A DNA stretch of 64,000 nt, from positions 18,359-82,358 of the forward strand of contig JAVKIH010000008.1 of the NCBI GenBank assembly GCA_031459625.1, written 5' to 3'. Both the position numbers and the translations under genes were made by a program. Source of the DNA: Candidatus Geohabitans tengchongensis (GTDB lineage Bacteria > Sysuimicrobiota > Sysuimicrobiia > Sysuimicrobiales > Humicultoraceae). The notes beneath the pieces are model-generated. The model made no database searches. It saw nothing but the letters and a program-made list of their open reading frames with translations, and had not been told where the DNA came from. Positions 46,302-56,491 of the stretch are shown here, one piece after another (positions within the stretch are counted from its first letter, which is position 1; every line of letters begins with the position of its first letter).

Positions 46302-48230
46302 ATGAGGGAGGCACGGACGGGCGAGGTGGAGGTGCGGCTCCCGGAGGGCGAGGTGCGCCGGGTCCCGCGGGGCACGACGCTCTTGAGCCTGGCGGAGGCG
46401 CTGGGGCGGAGCGACGCCCTGGTGGCCCGGGTGAACGGCCGGCTCACCGACCTGCGCGCGCCGCTCACCGAGGACGCCGCGGTCGAGTTCCTCACCTTCG
46501 CCGACGCGGAGGGGCGCGAGGTCTACTGGCACTCCTCGGCGCACCTGCTGGCCCAGGCGGTGAAGGAGCTCTTCCCCCACGCCAGGCTGGCCATCGGGCC
46601 CCCCATCGCCGAGGGGTTCTACTACGACATCGACATCGGGCGGCCATTCACGCCCGAGGACCTGGAGCGCATCGAGGCGCGCATGCGCGAGCTGGCCGCG
46701 CGCGACCAGCCCATCGAGCGGATCGAGCTGCCCCGCGACGAGGCCATCGCCCTCTACACCCGGGCGGGGGAACGCTACAAGCTCGAGCTGCTGGACGACA
46801 TCCCCGACGCCCGTGTCTCCTTCTACCGGCAGGACGGCTTCCTGGACATGTGCCGCGGCCCCCACCTGCCCAGCACCGGGCGGATCAAGGCCATCAAGCT
46901 CCTCTCCACCTCGGGGGCGTACTGGCGGGGCGACGAACGGCGGCCCCAGCTCGCCCGCATCTACGGGGTCACCTTCCCGGATGAGGCGCAGCTCGAGGCG
47001 CACCTGCGCCTGCTCGAAGAGGCCAAGCGGCGGGACCACCGGCGCCTGGGCCCGCAGCTCGAGCTCTTCCTCTTCCACGAGACGGCCCCCGGGATCCCCT
47101 ACTGGCTCCCCCGCGGCCTCAAGGTGCTGCACACGCTGATCGACTTCTGGCGCGCCGAGCACGAGGCCCGCGGCTACCAGGAGATCCGGGCCCCGCTGAT
47201 CAACCGCCGCGAGCTCTACGAGATCTCGGGGCACTGGGAGCACTACCGGGAGCACATGTTCATCGCCGACATGGGCGAAGGCGAGGTCTACGCCCTCAAG
47301 CCGATGAACTGCCCCAACGCCATGGTGGTCTTCCAGAGCCGCACCCGCAGCTACCGCGACCTGCCGCTGCGGCTGGCCGACACCGACATCCTGCACCGCT
47401 ACGAGCGCTCCGGCACCCTCACCGGGCTTTTGCGCGTGCGCGGATTCGTGCAGGACGACGCCCACATCTTCCTCACCGAGGAGCAGATCGCCGACGAGTT
47501 CCGGGAGCTGTTCGCGCTGACGGAGCGGTTCTACGCCATCTTCGGCCTGGCATACCACTTCCGGCTGAGCACGCGACCGCCGGACTTCATCGGCGACCCG
47601 GCGGTGTGGGACCGGGCCGAGGCGGAGCTGCGGCAGATCCTGGAGGCGAGCGGCCGCCCGTTCACCGTCGCCCCCGAGGGCGTCTTCTACGGCCCCAAGA
47701 TCGACATCCTCATGCGGGACTCGCTGAACCGCGAGTGGCAGATGGGGACGCTGCAGCTCGACTTCCAGCTCCCGCGCCGCTTCGGCCTGCGCTACAGCGC
47801 GCCGGACGGCAGCGAGCGCACGCCAGTGGTCATCCACCGCGTCATCTACGGGTCGCTGGAGCGGTTCGTGGGGATTCTCATCGAGCACTTCGCCGGGGCG
47901 CTCCCGCTGTGGCTGGCGCCGGAGCAGGTGCGCGTCCTCTCCATCGCCGACCGCCACGCCCCTTACGCCCGCGAGGTGGCCCAGCGCCTGCGGGCGCAGG
48001 GGCTGCGCGTCCAGGTGGACGACACGAACGAGCGCATCGCCTACAAGATCCGCCAGGCGCAGGTGATGAAGGTCCCGTACATGCTCGTGGTGGGCGACCG
48101 GGAGGTGGAGACGGGGCAGGTGGCCGTGCGCCACCGCGAGACGGGCGACCTGGGCCCGATGGACGTGGACGCCTTCGCCCGGCGCGCCCTGGAGGAGGCC
48201 TCGGCTCCCCTCCGCGGCACCTCCTCCTAA
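46302..48230 (+). CDS. thrS: Threonine--tRNA ligase
   Basis: TGS N-domain, editing-domain motifs (HSSAHLLAQAV, GRPFTPEDLERIE), class II core (FHETAPGIPYWLPRG, RVRGFVQDDAHIF) and anticodon-binding domain. Confidence 0.95.
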   Translation: MREARTGEVEVRLPEGEVRRVPRGTTLLSLAEALGRSDALVARVNGRLTDLRAPLTEDAAVEFLTFADAEGREVYWHSSAHLLAQAVKELFPHARLAIGPPIAEGFYYDIDIGRPFTPEDLERIEARMRELAARDQPIERIELPRDEAIALYTRAGERYKLELLDDIPDARVSFYRQDGFLDMCRGPHLPSTGRIKAIKLLSTSGAYWRGDERRPQLARIYGVTFPDEAQLEAHLRLLEEAKRRDHRRLGPQLELFLFHETAPGIPYWLPRGLKVLHTLIDFWRAEHEARGYQEIRAPLINRRELYEISGHWEHYREHMFIADMGEGEVYALKPMNCPNAMVVFQSRTRSYRDLPLRLADTDILHRYERSGTLTGLLRVRGFVQDDAHIFLTEEQIADEFRELFALTERFYAIFGLAYHFRLSTRPPDFIGDPAVWDRAEAELRQILEASGRPFTVAPEGVFYGPKIDILMRDSLNREWQMGTLQLDFQLPRRFGLRYSAPDGSERTPVVIHRVIYGSLERFVGILIEHFAGALPLWLAPEQVRVLSIADRHAPYAREVAQRLRAQGLRVQVDDTNERIAYKIRQAQVMKVPYMLVVGDREVETGQVAVRHRETGDLGPMDVDAFARRALEEASAPLRGTSS

Positions 48231-48438
48231 CTGGTCGCGCGTCCCGCCGACCGTTCCCTGGCCCTCAGACGAAGCGGCGGGCCTCCGTCGCGCTGGCGAG
48301 GATCCCCAGGTCTTCCAGACAGGGGATGACGGCCAGACCGAGGATGACGGCCGCGGCCAGCGGACGGGCGTCCACGCTGCCTCTCTCCCACCACGCCGGC
48401 GTCCCCCCGAAAAACCACGAACCGTGCCGATTCCTTGA

Positions 48439-50988
48439 GTGTGGGAGATCCTGTGGAACCGTCCGCTCGTCTGGGCCGCCGTCACCTTTGCTGCCGGCGT
48501 CCTCTGGGCCGAGCACCGCCCGTTGCCGGGCCCCCTCCTCGTCCTCAGTGCGCTCGCTGCCGGTACGGCGTGGGGGGTGCTCCTCTGGCAGCAGCGGGGT
48601 GACTCCACCTCGCGATCGCCGCCCGCAGGGCCCTTCGGCCTGGCTGCGGTCGTCTTCGCCCTCCTCGGCCACCTGACAGCGCTCACCGACCCCGTCCGCA
48701 CTGAGGCCAAGGCGGTCGCACCCTGGCTCGGTCGCCGCGTCCAGGTCGAGGCCCTCGTCGCCGCCGCCCCGGAGTGGCACGGCCGCCGCCAGTCCGTTCA
48801 CCTGCGGCTGCGACGGCTGGCTGGTCGGCCGATGGCGGCCACGGTGGTGGCAACCCTGCCCGCCGGCGCACCTGCGGTCGCCTACGGGGACGTGGTGGCC
48901 CTCCATGGGCGGCTGGAGCTGCCGCCGGACGGCGGGAATCCGGGAGAACCCAACCGGCGGCTGGCTCTCCGGCGCCGCGGGGTCGTGGCGGTGCTCCGTG
49001 CTTCGGGCGGGACGGCGCTCCGCATCGTCCGGCGAAGCGAGGGCCGTGCGCCCGTCCGCTGGATCCTGGCCTGGCGCGACCGCATCGTGCGCCCTCTCCT
49101 GGCGCTCCCCGAGCCCTACGGGCGCGTGCTCGCCGGGCTGCTGCTGGGGGCTTCGGTCGGCATTCCCCCGGAGGTCGAGGAGGCCTTTCAGCGTGCCGGC
49201 CTGCTGCACGTGCTGGTCGTCTCGGGGACGCAGGTGGGCCTCGTCGGCGCGGCGGCGCTGGCCGTGGCGGGCGCGATGCGTCTGGGTGTGACGGCGCGTG
49301 TTGCGGTGGCGGCGCTGGCGGTCCTGGTCTTCGCCACCATGGTCGGCTGGAGCGCTTCGGTCGGGCGGGCGGCGGTCATGGCGTGGCTCGCCCTCGCCGC
49401 GCTGGCCCTGCGGCGGCAGACCGACTGGCCGAGCGCGCTGGCGGCTGCGGCCCTGATCTGGCTGGCGGCCTCGCCGCAGGCGCTCTTCAGCCTGAGCTTC
49501 CAGCTCTCGTTCGCGGCCACGTGGGGGTTGCTGGCGCTGGCGCCGCTCCTGACCCTTCCCCTGCGGCCCCGCTGGCTGGCCCACCTGGCGGCCGCCACGC
49601 TGGGGGCCCAGGTGGCGGTGCTCCCGCTGCTGGCGGCGGCCTTCCAGTGGGTGTCGTTGGCGGCGTTCCCCGCCAACCTGCTGGTCCTACCAATGGTCAC
49701 CGTGCTCGTCCCGGCGGGGTTTGCGCTCACGGTGCTGGCCGGCCTCCTGCCGCCGCTTGCCGCCCTGCTCGTGCCGGCCTTCCTGCCGCCGGTCTGGCTG
49801 GTCGTCCACCTGGCCCGGTTCTTCGCTCGGGCCCCGGGCAGTGAGGTGTGGTTGCCGCCGGTGGCCTGGTGGCAGGCCGCGCTGGCCTATGCGGTGCTGC
49901 TCGCCGTGCCCGCGCTCCACCGGGCAAGGCCCCTTCGCCCGATCGTCGCGGTCGCCGGTGCGGCCGCGCTCCTGCTCGGGGCGGTGCCGGTCCCGGCGGC
50001 CGGCCCCCCGACCATGCTCCTGGCGGTGCTGGACGTGGGGCAGGGCGACGCCATCCTGCTGCGCGGGCCCGGGGGGCGGTCGGTGCTGGTGGACGGCGGG
50101 GGAGAGGTGGAGTACGGCGACGCCCAGCGCGGTGCCGACGCCCCGCCGGGGTTGATGGACCGGGTGGCAGCGAACGCCGTGCCGGTGACCGCCTCGCGCT
50201 TCGACGTCGGGCGGCGCCGCGTCATCCCTGCGCTGCGGCACCTGGGCGTGCGCCGGCTCGACGCCGTCGTCCTCACCCATGCGCACGAGGACCACGTGGG
50301 CGGTCTGCCGGCCGTGCTGGCGCACTTCCCCGTCGGCGTCTTCCTCGACCCCGGAGTGCCGCACCCGAGCCCCTCCTACGTGCGCGTCCTCGACCTGGTC
50401 CGCGAGCGGCGCGTCGCCTATGTGACGGCGCGGCGCGGGCACCGGCTCCTCCTCGGGGAGGGGGCGGAGGCCGAGGTCCTGTGGCCGCCCGCGGGGTTCG
50501 TGGAGCAGCACCGCAGCGCCACCGGCGCCGGGCCAGGCGCGGACGAGGACCTGACCAATGCGGCGTCGGTGGTGCTGCAGGTGCGGTTCGCCGCCTTCAC
50601 GGCCCTGCTCACCGGGGATATCGAGGCGGAGACCGAGGAGGCGCTGGTGCGCCTGGGGCTGGTCCCCAGCCTCGTGTTGAAGGTGGCCCACCACGGCAGC
50701 CGCACCTCCACGACCCCCGGGCTGCTCACCGCCGTGCGCCCCCGCGTGGCCGTGATCTCCGTGGGCGCGGACAACCTCTTCGGCCACCCGCACCCCTCGG
50801 TGGTGCGCCGCCTGGAGGACGCCGGCGTGGCCACCTATCGCACCGACCTGGACGGGGCGGTGCTGCTGCGCAGCGACGGCGCCCGGGTGTGGGTGGGGAC
50901 GGTGCGGCGTCGGGCGGGGTGCGTGCGCTACACTGGGCGGGGCGTATGCGCGGGCTCGTCGACCGGATCGAGGATGGGGTCGCCGTGA
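48439..50988 (+). CDS. comEC: DNA internalization competence protein ComEC/Rec2 (with metallo-beta-lactamase domain)
   Basis: N-terminal DUF4131-like TM region, competence domain (HVLVVSGTQVGL), C-terminal MBL fold (LDVGQGDAILL, VLTHAHEDHVGGL, KVAHHGS). The 3' end may be over-extended. Confidence 0.8.
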   Translation: MWEILWNRPLVWAAVTFAAGVLWAEHRPLPGPLLVLSALAAGTAWGVLLWQQRGDSTSRSPPAGPFGLAAVVFALLGHLTALTDPVRTEAKAVAPWLGRRVQVEALVAAAPEWHGRRQSVHLRLRRLAGRPMAATVVATLPAGAPAVAYGDVVALHGRLELPPDGGNPGEPNRRLALRRRGVVAVLRASGGTALRIVRRSEGRAPVRWILAWRDRIVRPLLALPEPYGRVLAGLLLGASVGIPPEVEEAFQRAGLLHVLVVSGTQVGLVGAAALAVAGAMRLGVTARVAVAALAVLVFATMVGWSASVGRAAVMAWLALAALALRRQTDWPSALAAAALIWLAASPQALFSLSFQLSFAATWGLLALAPLLTLPLRPRWLAHLAAATLGAQVAVLPLLAAAFQWVSLAAFPANLLVLPMVTVLVPAGFALTVLAGLLPPLAALLVPAFLPPVWLVVHLARFFARAPGSEVWLPPVAWWQAALAYAVLLAVPALHRARPLRPIVAVAGAAALLLGAVPVPAAGPPTMLLAVLDVGQGDAILLRGPGGRSVLVDGGGEVEYGDAQRGADAPPGLMDRVAANAVPVTASRFDVGRRRVIPALRHLGVRRLDAVVLTHAHEDHVGGLPAVLAHFPVGVFLDPGVPHPSPSYVRVLDLVRERRVAYVTARRGHRLLLGEGAEAEVLWPPAGFVEQHRSATGAGPGADEDLTNAASVVLQVRFAAFTALLTGDIEAETEEALVRLGLVPSLVLKVAHHGSRTSTTPGLLTAVRPRVAVISVGADNLFGHPHPSVVRRLEDAGVATYRTDLDGAVLLRSDGARVWVGTVRRRAGCVRYTGRGVCAGSSTGSRMGSP

Positions 50989-51152
50989 TCCTCCTGGAGG
51001 GCGGGGGACGGGCCTACGTCCCCGCCACGCACCTCCCCGCCGGCGCGGGTGTCGGGACGGTCCTGCGGCTGCACTGGGAGGTCGAGGGGGTCGCGGACGC
51101 CGCGGAGGTGGCGGCACGCATCGAGGCGCTGCGCCGGGAGGAGCACTGGTGA
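50946..51152 (+). CDS. DUF3006-like small protein (68 aa)
   Basis: MRGLVDRIEDGVAVILLEGGGRAYVPATHLPAGAGVGTVL fits the DUF3006 pattern. Overlaps the annotated comEC 3' end. Confidence 0.5.
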   Translation: MRGLVDRIEDGVAVILLEGGGRAYVPATHLPAGAGVGTVLRLHWEVEGVADAAEVAARIEALRREEHW

Positions 51153-52162
51153 CCGGCTCGGGCACGCCCCCGACCGGCCGGGCGGCACCGTCGCCCGCCC
51201 CGGGGGTGCACCTCTTCGTGGGCGAGGAGGACCTGCTCGTCGAGGAGGGGGTGCGGGCGCTGGTGGACGCGGCGCTCCCCCCCGACGAGCGCGCGCTCAA
51301 CCTCGACGTCCTCGAGGCCGCGGAGACCCCCCTGCCCGACCTCCTGGCCCGGCTCGACACCCTGCCGTTCTTCGGCGCCCTGCGCGTGGTCGTGGTCCGC
51401 GACCTCGACGCCATGCCGCTCGACGCGCAGCGGACGCTGGCCGACTACCTGGAGCGCGGCACCCCGCCGGTGCTCGCCATCTTCACGGCCCGCGCCCTGG
51501 ACCGGGGCGGCCGGCTCTTCAGGGCGCTGCAGGCGGTCGGGCGGATCCATGCCTGCGATCCGCTCACCTGGCGGGAGCTCCCCGCCTGGCTCAGGAGCGA
51601 GGCCGCACGGTTGGGGAAGCGGCTCACGCCCGGGGCCGTGGAAGCGCTGGCGGCGGGCGCCGGCGCCGGGCTGCGGGCCCTGCGGCTGGAGCTGGAAAAG
51701 CTGGCGGCGTACGTCGATGCCCGGGCCCAGATCACCGAGGAGGACGTGCGGGCGGTGGGGGCGCTGGAGAGCGACCCGCGGCTGTTCGCCCTCGCCGACG
51801 CCATCGGGGAACGGCACGTCGGGCGGGCCACCCAGCTGCTGCAGAGCATCCTGGCGCGCGAGCACCCGCTGCCGGTCCTGGGGATGATCGCCCGCCAGTT
51901 CCGCCTGCTGGTGCGCGCCCGGGAGGCGGGGCGCAGCCAGGCGGCCGTAGCCAGGGCGGCGGGCGTCACGCCGTATGTCGCCGGCAAGTTGCTGCGGCAG
52001 GTGACCCGCTATCGAGCCGAAGACTTCCCCGCGATCTTCGCCCTGCTGGAAGAGGCCGACCGGGCTATCAAGTCGACGGGCCAGCCGGAGCTGGCCCTGG
52101 AGACGCTGGTCGTGCAGCTGTGCGCCGGCCCCGGGCGCCGGGGCGACACGGGCGCAGGTTGA
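51149..52162 (+). CDS. holA: DNA polymerase III subunit delta
   Basis: VHLFVGEEDLLVEE...LNLDVLEAAE...LPFFGALRVVVVRD is the HolA N-terminus. Conserved position downstream of comEC and facing rpsT. Confidence 0.8.
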   Translation: MTGSGTPPTGRAAPSPAPGVHLFVGEEDLLVEEGVRALVDAALPPDERALNLDVLEAAETPLPDLLARLDTLPFFGALRVVVVRDLDAMPLDAQRTLADYLERGTPPVLAIFTARALDRGGRLFRALQAVGRIHACDPLTWRELPAWLRSEAARLGKRLTPGAVEALAAGAGAGLRALRLELEKLAAYVDARAQITEEDVRAVGALESDPRLFALADAIGERHVGRATQLLQSILAREHPLPVLGMIARQFRLLVRAREAGRSQAAVARAAGVTPYVAGKLLRQVTRYRAEDFPAIFALLEEADRAIKSTGQPELALETLVVQLCAGPGRRGDTGAG

Positions 52163-52210
52163 GCGGCCGGGATCCGGAGCGGCCGGCCTCCGCGGGTCGG
52201 CAGCGCGGGG

Positions 52211-52498
52211 TCAGGACGCAGAGGCGGCGGTGGCGGCGGCCAGGGCCTCGCGGTGGCGCCGCACCAGTCGGGCCTTGCGGCGGGCGGCGGTGTTCTTGTG
52301 GATGATCCCGCGCGCCGCCGCCTTGTCGATGGCCTTGATCGCCAGCAAGAGCGCCTCCGTATCCCCGGCGCGCGCCCTGCGGGAGAGCGTCTTGATGCGC
52401 GAGCGGACGGCGCGGTTGTGCTCGGCGCGCCGCAGCGACTGCCGGAGCCGCTTGAGACCTGACTTGATGCGCTTGGCCACCGTACACCTCACTGCCAT
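52211..52498 (-). CDS. rpsT: 30S ribosomal protein S20
   Basis: VAKRIKSGLKRLRQSLRRAEHNRAVRSRIKTL...AIDKAAARGIIHKNTAARRKARL; 95 aa. Confidence 0.9.
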   Translation of the reverse strand: MAVRCTVAKRIKSGLKRLRQSLRRAEHNRAVRSRIKTLSRRARAGDTEALLLAIKAIDKAAARGIIHKNTAARRKARLVRRHREALAAATAASAS

Positions 52499-52591
52499 GT
52501 CGGGGTTGCGTTCAGCGCATTGTACCATCGCCCCCGCCCGAGTAGCCACCGCCCCCGCCCGTGCAGCCACCTGGGGGCGGCGGACGCCGCG

Positions 52592-54238
52592 GTGACCCCC
52601 GTCCCCGCCCCACCGGCCAGGGCCCCGTCGGCCACCGGGCACCGCCTGGCCCGGGCCGCCGTCCTCCTGGCCGTGGCCACGGTGTTGAGCCGCCTGCTCG
52701 GGCTCGTCCGCGAGATCGTCACCGCCGCCCTGTTCGGGGCCTCCAACGCCAAGGCCGCCTACGTCATCGGCTACTACCTCCCGTTCTTCATCCAGCGGCT
52801 GCTCCTGGGCGGCACGCTGAGCATCGTCTTCATCCCGACCATCACCGAGTACCTGGCCCGCGGCGACCGGCGGGAGACGGTGCGGGTAACCGCCATCCTC
52901 TTCAACCTGGTCCTCCTCCTGGGCGTGGGGATGGTGCTGGCGGGCCAGGTCCTCGCTCCGCTCCTGGTGCCGGTGGCGGCCCCGGGCTTCCACGCCCAGC
53001 CGGGGCTCGTGCCGCTGGCGGTGGCGCTGATGCGCATCATCTTCGTGGCCATGCTCTTCCTGGCGCTGGCGGTCTTCGCCACCGGCTTCCTGCAGGCGCA
53101 CCAGCGCTTCACCGTGCCGGCGCTGGCGCCGCTCCTCTTCAACGTGGTGATCATCCTGGGGACGCTGTGGCTGGGGCCGCGCGTGGGCATCCACGGCCTG
53201 GCCGTGGCCTGGGTGCTCGGGACGGCGGCGCAGTTCCTCGTCCAGCTGCCGGCCATGGCGCGGAGCGGCTTTCGCTGGCTGCCGCTCCTGGACCTGCGCC
53301 ACCCGGCGGTGCGCCAGCTGGGGCGGCTGGCCGCCCCGGCGATGCTGGGGCTGGCCATCGTGGAGATCAACGCCTACGTGGCCCGCTTCTTCGCCTCCTT
53401 CCTGCCGGTGCAACCCGGCGTGAACGCCGTGGCCGTCCTCGACTACGCCTACGAGGTGATGCAGGCGCCGGTGGGTATCATCGCCATCTCCATCGCCACC
53501 GCCCTCTTCCCCACGCTGGCCCGCCAGGCGGCGGCCCGGGACCGCGGGGCCCTGGCCGCCACCACGGCGCTGGGGCTGCGGATGACGCTCCTCCTCATGC
53601 TCCCGGTGGCCGCGCTCCTCCTGGCGCTGGCGCCCCAGGTGGTGCGGGTGCTCTTCGAGCGCGGCGAGTTCACCCCGGCGGCTACCGCGGCGGTGGCGGC
53701 GGCCCTGCGCGGCTACGCCGTCGGCATGAGCGCCGTCGGCGCCTACTACGTCGTCACGCGCGCCTTCTACGCCCTGCACGACATGGCCACCCCGGTGCGG
53801 GTGGGCGCGCTGGCCGTCCTCCTCAACGCCGTCCTGAACGCGGGGCTCATGCGGGTGCTGGGCGCCACGGGGATCGCGCTAGCGGCGTCCCTGGTGAACC
53901 TGACCAACGTGGGGCTGCTGCTGTGGCTGCTGCGCGCGCGCCTGGGGGCGCTGGAGGGGCGGCGCACCGCCTCGAGCCTGCTGCGCGGCGCGGGGGCGGC
54001 GGCGGCGGCGGCCCTGCTGGCCGCGGCGGTGGCGGTCGCGGCGGACGGCCCGGCGGGAGAGGGCCCGGCCGGAGCGCTGCTGGTCCTGGCGGCCTCCGGT
54101 GGGGTGGGGGTGGTCGCCTACCTCGGGGCGGCCTGGCTGCTGCGCCTAGAGGAGCTGCGCCAGGTGCCCGCGCTGCTGCGGGGCGCGCGCCCGGGCCGTC
54201 TGGAGGCGCGTTTGACAGGGAATTCGGACGTTTGCTAG
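52592..54238 (+). CDS. murJ: Lipid II flippase MurJ
   Basis: VLSRLLGLVREIVTAALFGAS, FLPFFIQRLLLGGTLSIVFIP, and 14-TM MVF architecture. Start ambiguous (TTG 52520 or GTG 52592). Confidence 0.8.
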   Translation: MTPVPAPPARAPSATGHRLARAAVLLAVATVLSRLLGLVREIVTAALFGASNAKAAYVIGYYLPFFIQRLLLGGTLSIVFIPTITEYLARGDRRETVRVTAILFNLVLLLGVGMVLAGQVLAPLLVPVAAPGFHAQPGLVPLAVALMRIIFVAMLFLALAVFATGFLQAHQRFTVPALAPLLFNVVIILGTLWLGPRVGIHGLAVAWVLGTAAQFLVQLPAMARSGFRWLPLLDLRHPAVRQLGRLAAPAMLGLAIVEINAYVARFFASFLPVQPGVNAVAVLDYAYEVMQAPVGIIAISIATALFPTLARQAAARDRGALAATTALGLRMTLLLMLPVAALLLALAPQVVRVLFERGEFTPAATAAVAAALRGYAVGMSAVGAYYVVTRAFYALHDMATPVRVGALAVLLNAVLNAGLMRVLGATGIALAASLVNLTNVGLLLWLLRARLGALEGRRTASSLLRGAGAAAAAALLAAAVAVAADGPAGEGPAGALLVLAASGGVGVVAYLGAAWLLRLEELRQVPALLRGARPGRLEARLTGNSDVC

Positions 54239-54250
54239 GGTGGGAGCGGG

Positions 54251-54277
54251 TTAGCACTCAACAAGGGAGAGTGCTAA
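54251..54277 (+). promoter_or_regulatory. CIRCE operator (HrcA binding site)
   Basis: TTAGCACTC-aacaaggga-GAGTGCTAA: exact consensus inverted repeat with 9-nt spacer, ending 3 nt before the hrcA ATG. Confidence 0.85.
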
Positions 54278-54279
54278 CG

Positions 54280-55314
54280 ATGATGCCGGCGCTCGACGAC
54301 CGCAAGCGGCGCATCCTCCAGGCCGTGGTCCGCGAGTACATCCACTCCGCCGAGCCGGTCTCGTCCGAGGTAGTGTTGCGCCGTACCAACCTGCCGGTGA
54401 GCCCGGCCACGGTCCGCAACGAGATGGCTGCGCTGGAAGAGCTGGGGTACCTGCAGCAGCCCCACACCTCCGCCGGCCGCATCCCCACCGACCGGGCCTA
54501 CCGCCTCTACATCGAGGCCCTCCTGGAGGAGGCGGAGCTGCGGCCGGAGGAGCGGCAGCGGCTGCGCCGGCAGCTGCGGGCGCTGGCCGAGGAGGCTGAC
54601 CGGTTGATCCAGCGCGCCGCGCGGGCGCTGGCCGAGGAAGCCCACTACGCCTCCCTGGCCGCCACTCCGCGGCGGGGTGAGCAGGTCTTCCGTCACCTGC
54701 ACCTGGTGCCGCTGGAGCGCGCGCGGGTCCTGCCCGTCCTGATCACCGACGCCGGCACCTACCAGGGCTACCCGGTGGACCTGGGGGAGCCGGTCGACCC
54801 CGACCAGGTCGAGCAGTTCTCCCGCTGGCTGAGTGCCCGCCTGGCCGGGCTGACGCTCGGAGAGCTCACCCGCGACCGGCTGTGGGCGACCATCGGTGCG
54901 GTGGCGCACTTCCAGCGCCTGCTCGAGCAGCTGCGCCGGTGGCTCGACCGGGGGGTGCGCCGCCGGGTCGGACGAGTGATCGTGGAGGGGGCCCCGCACC
55001 TGCTGGAGCAGCCGGAGTTCCGGCAGATCGACGCGGCTTCGGCGGTGCTGGCGGCCCTCGAGCGGGAGGAGGTGCTGCTGGAGCTGCTGCGTCCCGCGGC
55101 CGGTCACCGGGTGTGGGTGGCCATCGGCAGCGAGCTCCCCTTCCCGGCGATGCGGGAGTGCAGCATCGTGGCCGCCACCTACTCGGTGGGAGACCGGGTG
55201 GCGGGGACGCTGGCCCTGCTCGGCCCGCGCCGCATGCACTACGACCGGACCCTGCCGCTGGTGCGCTTCCTCGCGGACTCCCTCAGCGAGGCCTTGACGG
55301 ACCTGGGGGGCTGA
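54280..55314 (+). CDS. hrcA: Heat-inducible transcription repressor HrcA
   Basis: MMPALDDRKRRILQAVVREYIHSAEPVSSEVVLRRTNLPVSPATVRNEMAALEELGYL is the canonical HrcA N-terminus. Confidence 0.9.
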   Translation: MMPALDDRKRRILQAVVREYIHSAEPVSSEVVLRRTNLPVSPATVRNEMAALEELGYLQQPHTSAGRIPTDRAYRLYIEALLEEAELRPEERQRLRRQLRALAEEADRLIQRAARALAEEAHYASLAATPRRGEQVFRHLHLVPLERARVLPVLITDAGTYQGYPVDLGEPVDPDQVEQFSRWLSARLAGLTLGELTRDRLWATIGAVAHFQRLLEQLRRWLDRGVRRRVGRVIVEGAPHLLEQPEFRQIDAASAVLAALEREEVLLELLRPAAGHRVWVAIGSELPFPAMRECSIVAATYSVGDRVAGTLALLGPRRMHYDRTLPLVRFLADSLSEALTDLGG

Positions 55315-55366
55315 CGTACTCAGAGGGCCGAAGCGCGGGGCCCCGTCCCGCGCCCCGCCCACGGCC

Positions 55367-56491
55367 ATGGCGAAGGACTACTACGCGACCCTGGGCATCC
55401 GCCGCGACGCCTCGCAGGAGGAGATCAAGCAGGCCTACCGCCGCCTGGCGCGCGAGTACCACCCCGACGTGCGCCGGGACGACCCCCAGGCCAACGAGCG
55501 CTTCAAGGAGATCAACGAAGCCTACGCCGTCCTCAGCGACCCGGCGCGGCGGGCGCAGTACGACCGCTTCGGCCGGGTGGACGAGGTGCCGGCCGTCGAC
55601 CCCACCGACCTCTTCGGCTCCTTCGACGACCTCTTCGACATGTTCTTCGGCGGCGGGCCGCGGCGGACCCGGACGCGCGTGCGCCCGGTCGAGGAGGAGG
55701 AGGCGGTCGCCGGCGCGGACCTGCGGGCGGAGGTGGAGGTCACCCTCGAGGAGGCCGCCAGCGGGGTGGAGAGAACCCTCACCCTCACCCGCCTGGAGAC
55801 CTGCCCCGTCTGCTTCGGCACCGGCCGCGAGCCCAACACCAGCGTGGAGACCTGTCCCACCTGCGCGGGGACGGGACAGGTGCGCTACCACCACCAGACG
55901 GTCTTCGGCTACCTGACCCAGGTCGTCACCTGCCGGCAGTGCGGCGGGCGGGGCCGGGTGGTGCGGCACCCCTGCCGCGCCTGCGGCGGCGCCGGGCGGC
56001 GCGAGGCGGAGCGCCAGGTGACCGTCCGCATCCCGCCGGGAGTGGAGACGGGCACCCGCCTGCGCGTCCCGGAGGAGGGGGAGGCGGGCGTGCGCGGGGG
56101 CCCGCGCGGGGACCTCTACGTGGTGGTCCGCGTGCTGCCGCACCCGCGCTTCACCCGGCAGGGGCGCGACCTGATCTGTGAGGTCCCGGTCTCCATGCTG
56201 CAGGCGGCCCTGGGGGACGAGATCGAGATCCCGGCGCTGGGCGAGACGCTACGCATCGCCATCCCGCCGGGGACGCAGCCCGGCGCCGCGCTGCGCCTGC
56301 GGGGGCAGGGGATGCCCGACCTGCAGGGCGGCCGGGGGGACCTGTACGTGCGCCTGCGCGTGGAGATCCCGCGGGACCTCACGCCGGAGCAGCGCCGGCT
56401 GCTGAAGCAGGTGGCGGACCTGCGCGGCGAGCGGGTCCAGCCCCAGCGCCCCTCTCTATGGAAGAAAATGAAGGACCTCTTCACGGCCTGA
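55367..56491 (+). CDS. dnaJ: Molecular chaperone DnaJ
   Basis: J domain (DYYATLGIRRDASQEEIKQAYRRLAREYHPD), G/F region, four CxxCxGxG zinc-finger repeats, and C-terminal domains. Confidence 0.9.
   Translation: MAKDYYATLGIRRDASQEEIKQAYRRLAREYHPDVRRDDPQANERFKEINEAYAVLSDPARRAQYDRFGRVDEVPAVDPTDLFGSFDDLFDMFFGGGPRRTRTRVRPVEEEEAVAGADLRAEVEVTLEEAASGVERTLTLTRLETCPVCFGTGREPNTSVETCPTCAGTGQVRYHHQTVFGYLTQVVTCRQCGGRGRVVRHPCRACGGAGRREAERQVTVRIPPGVETGTRLRVPEEGEAGVRGGPRGDLYVVVRVLPHPRFTRQGRDLICEVPVSMLQAALGDEIEIPALGETLRIAIPPGTQPGAALRLRGQGMPDLQGGRGDLYVRLRVEIPRDLTPEQRRLLKQVADLRGERVQPQRPSLWKKMKDLFTA

Noticed and set aside
48265-48425. Possible small hydrophobic peptide (VDARPLAAAVILGLAVIPCLEDLGILASATEARRFV) on the minus strand between thrS and comEC
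   Set aside because: There is no ATG, only a GTG with no RBS. It forms the tail of a long junk ORF (48265..49584) antisense to comEC. Kept out of the feature list for lack of support.
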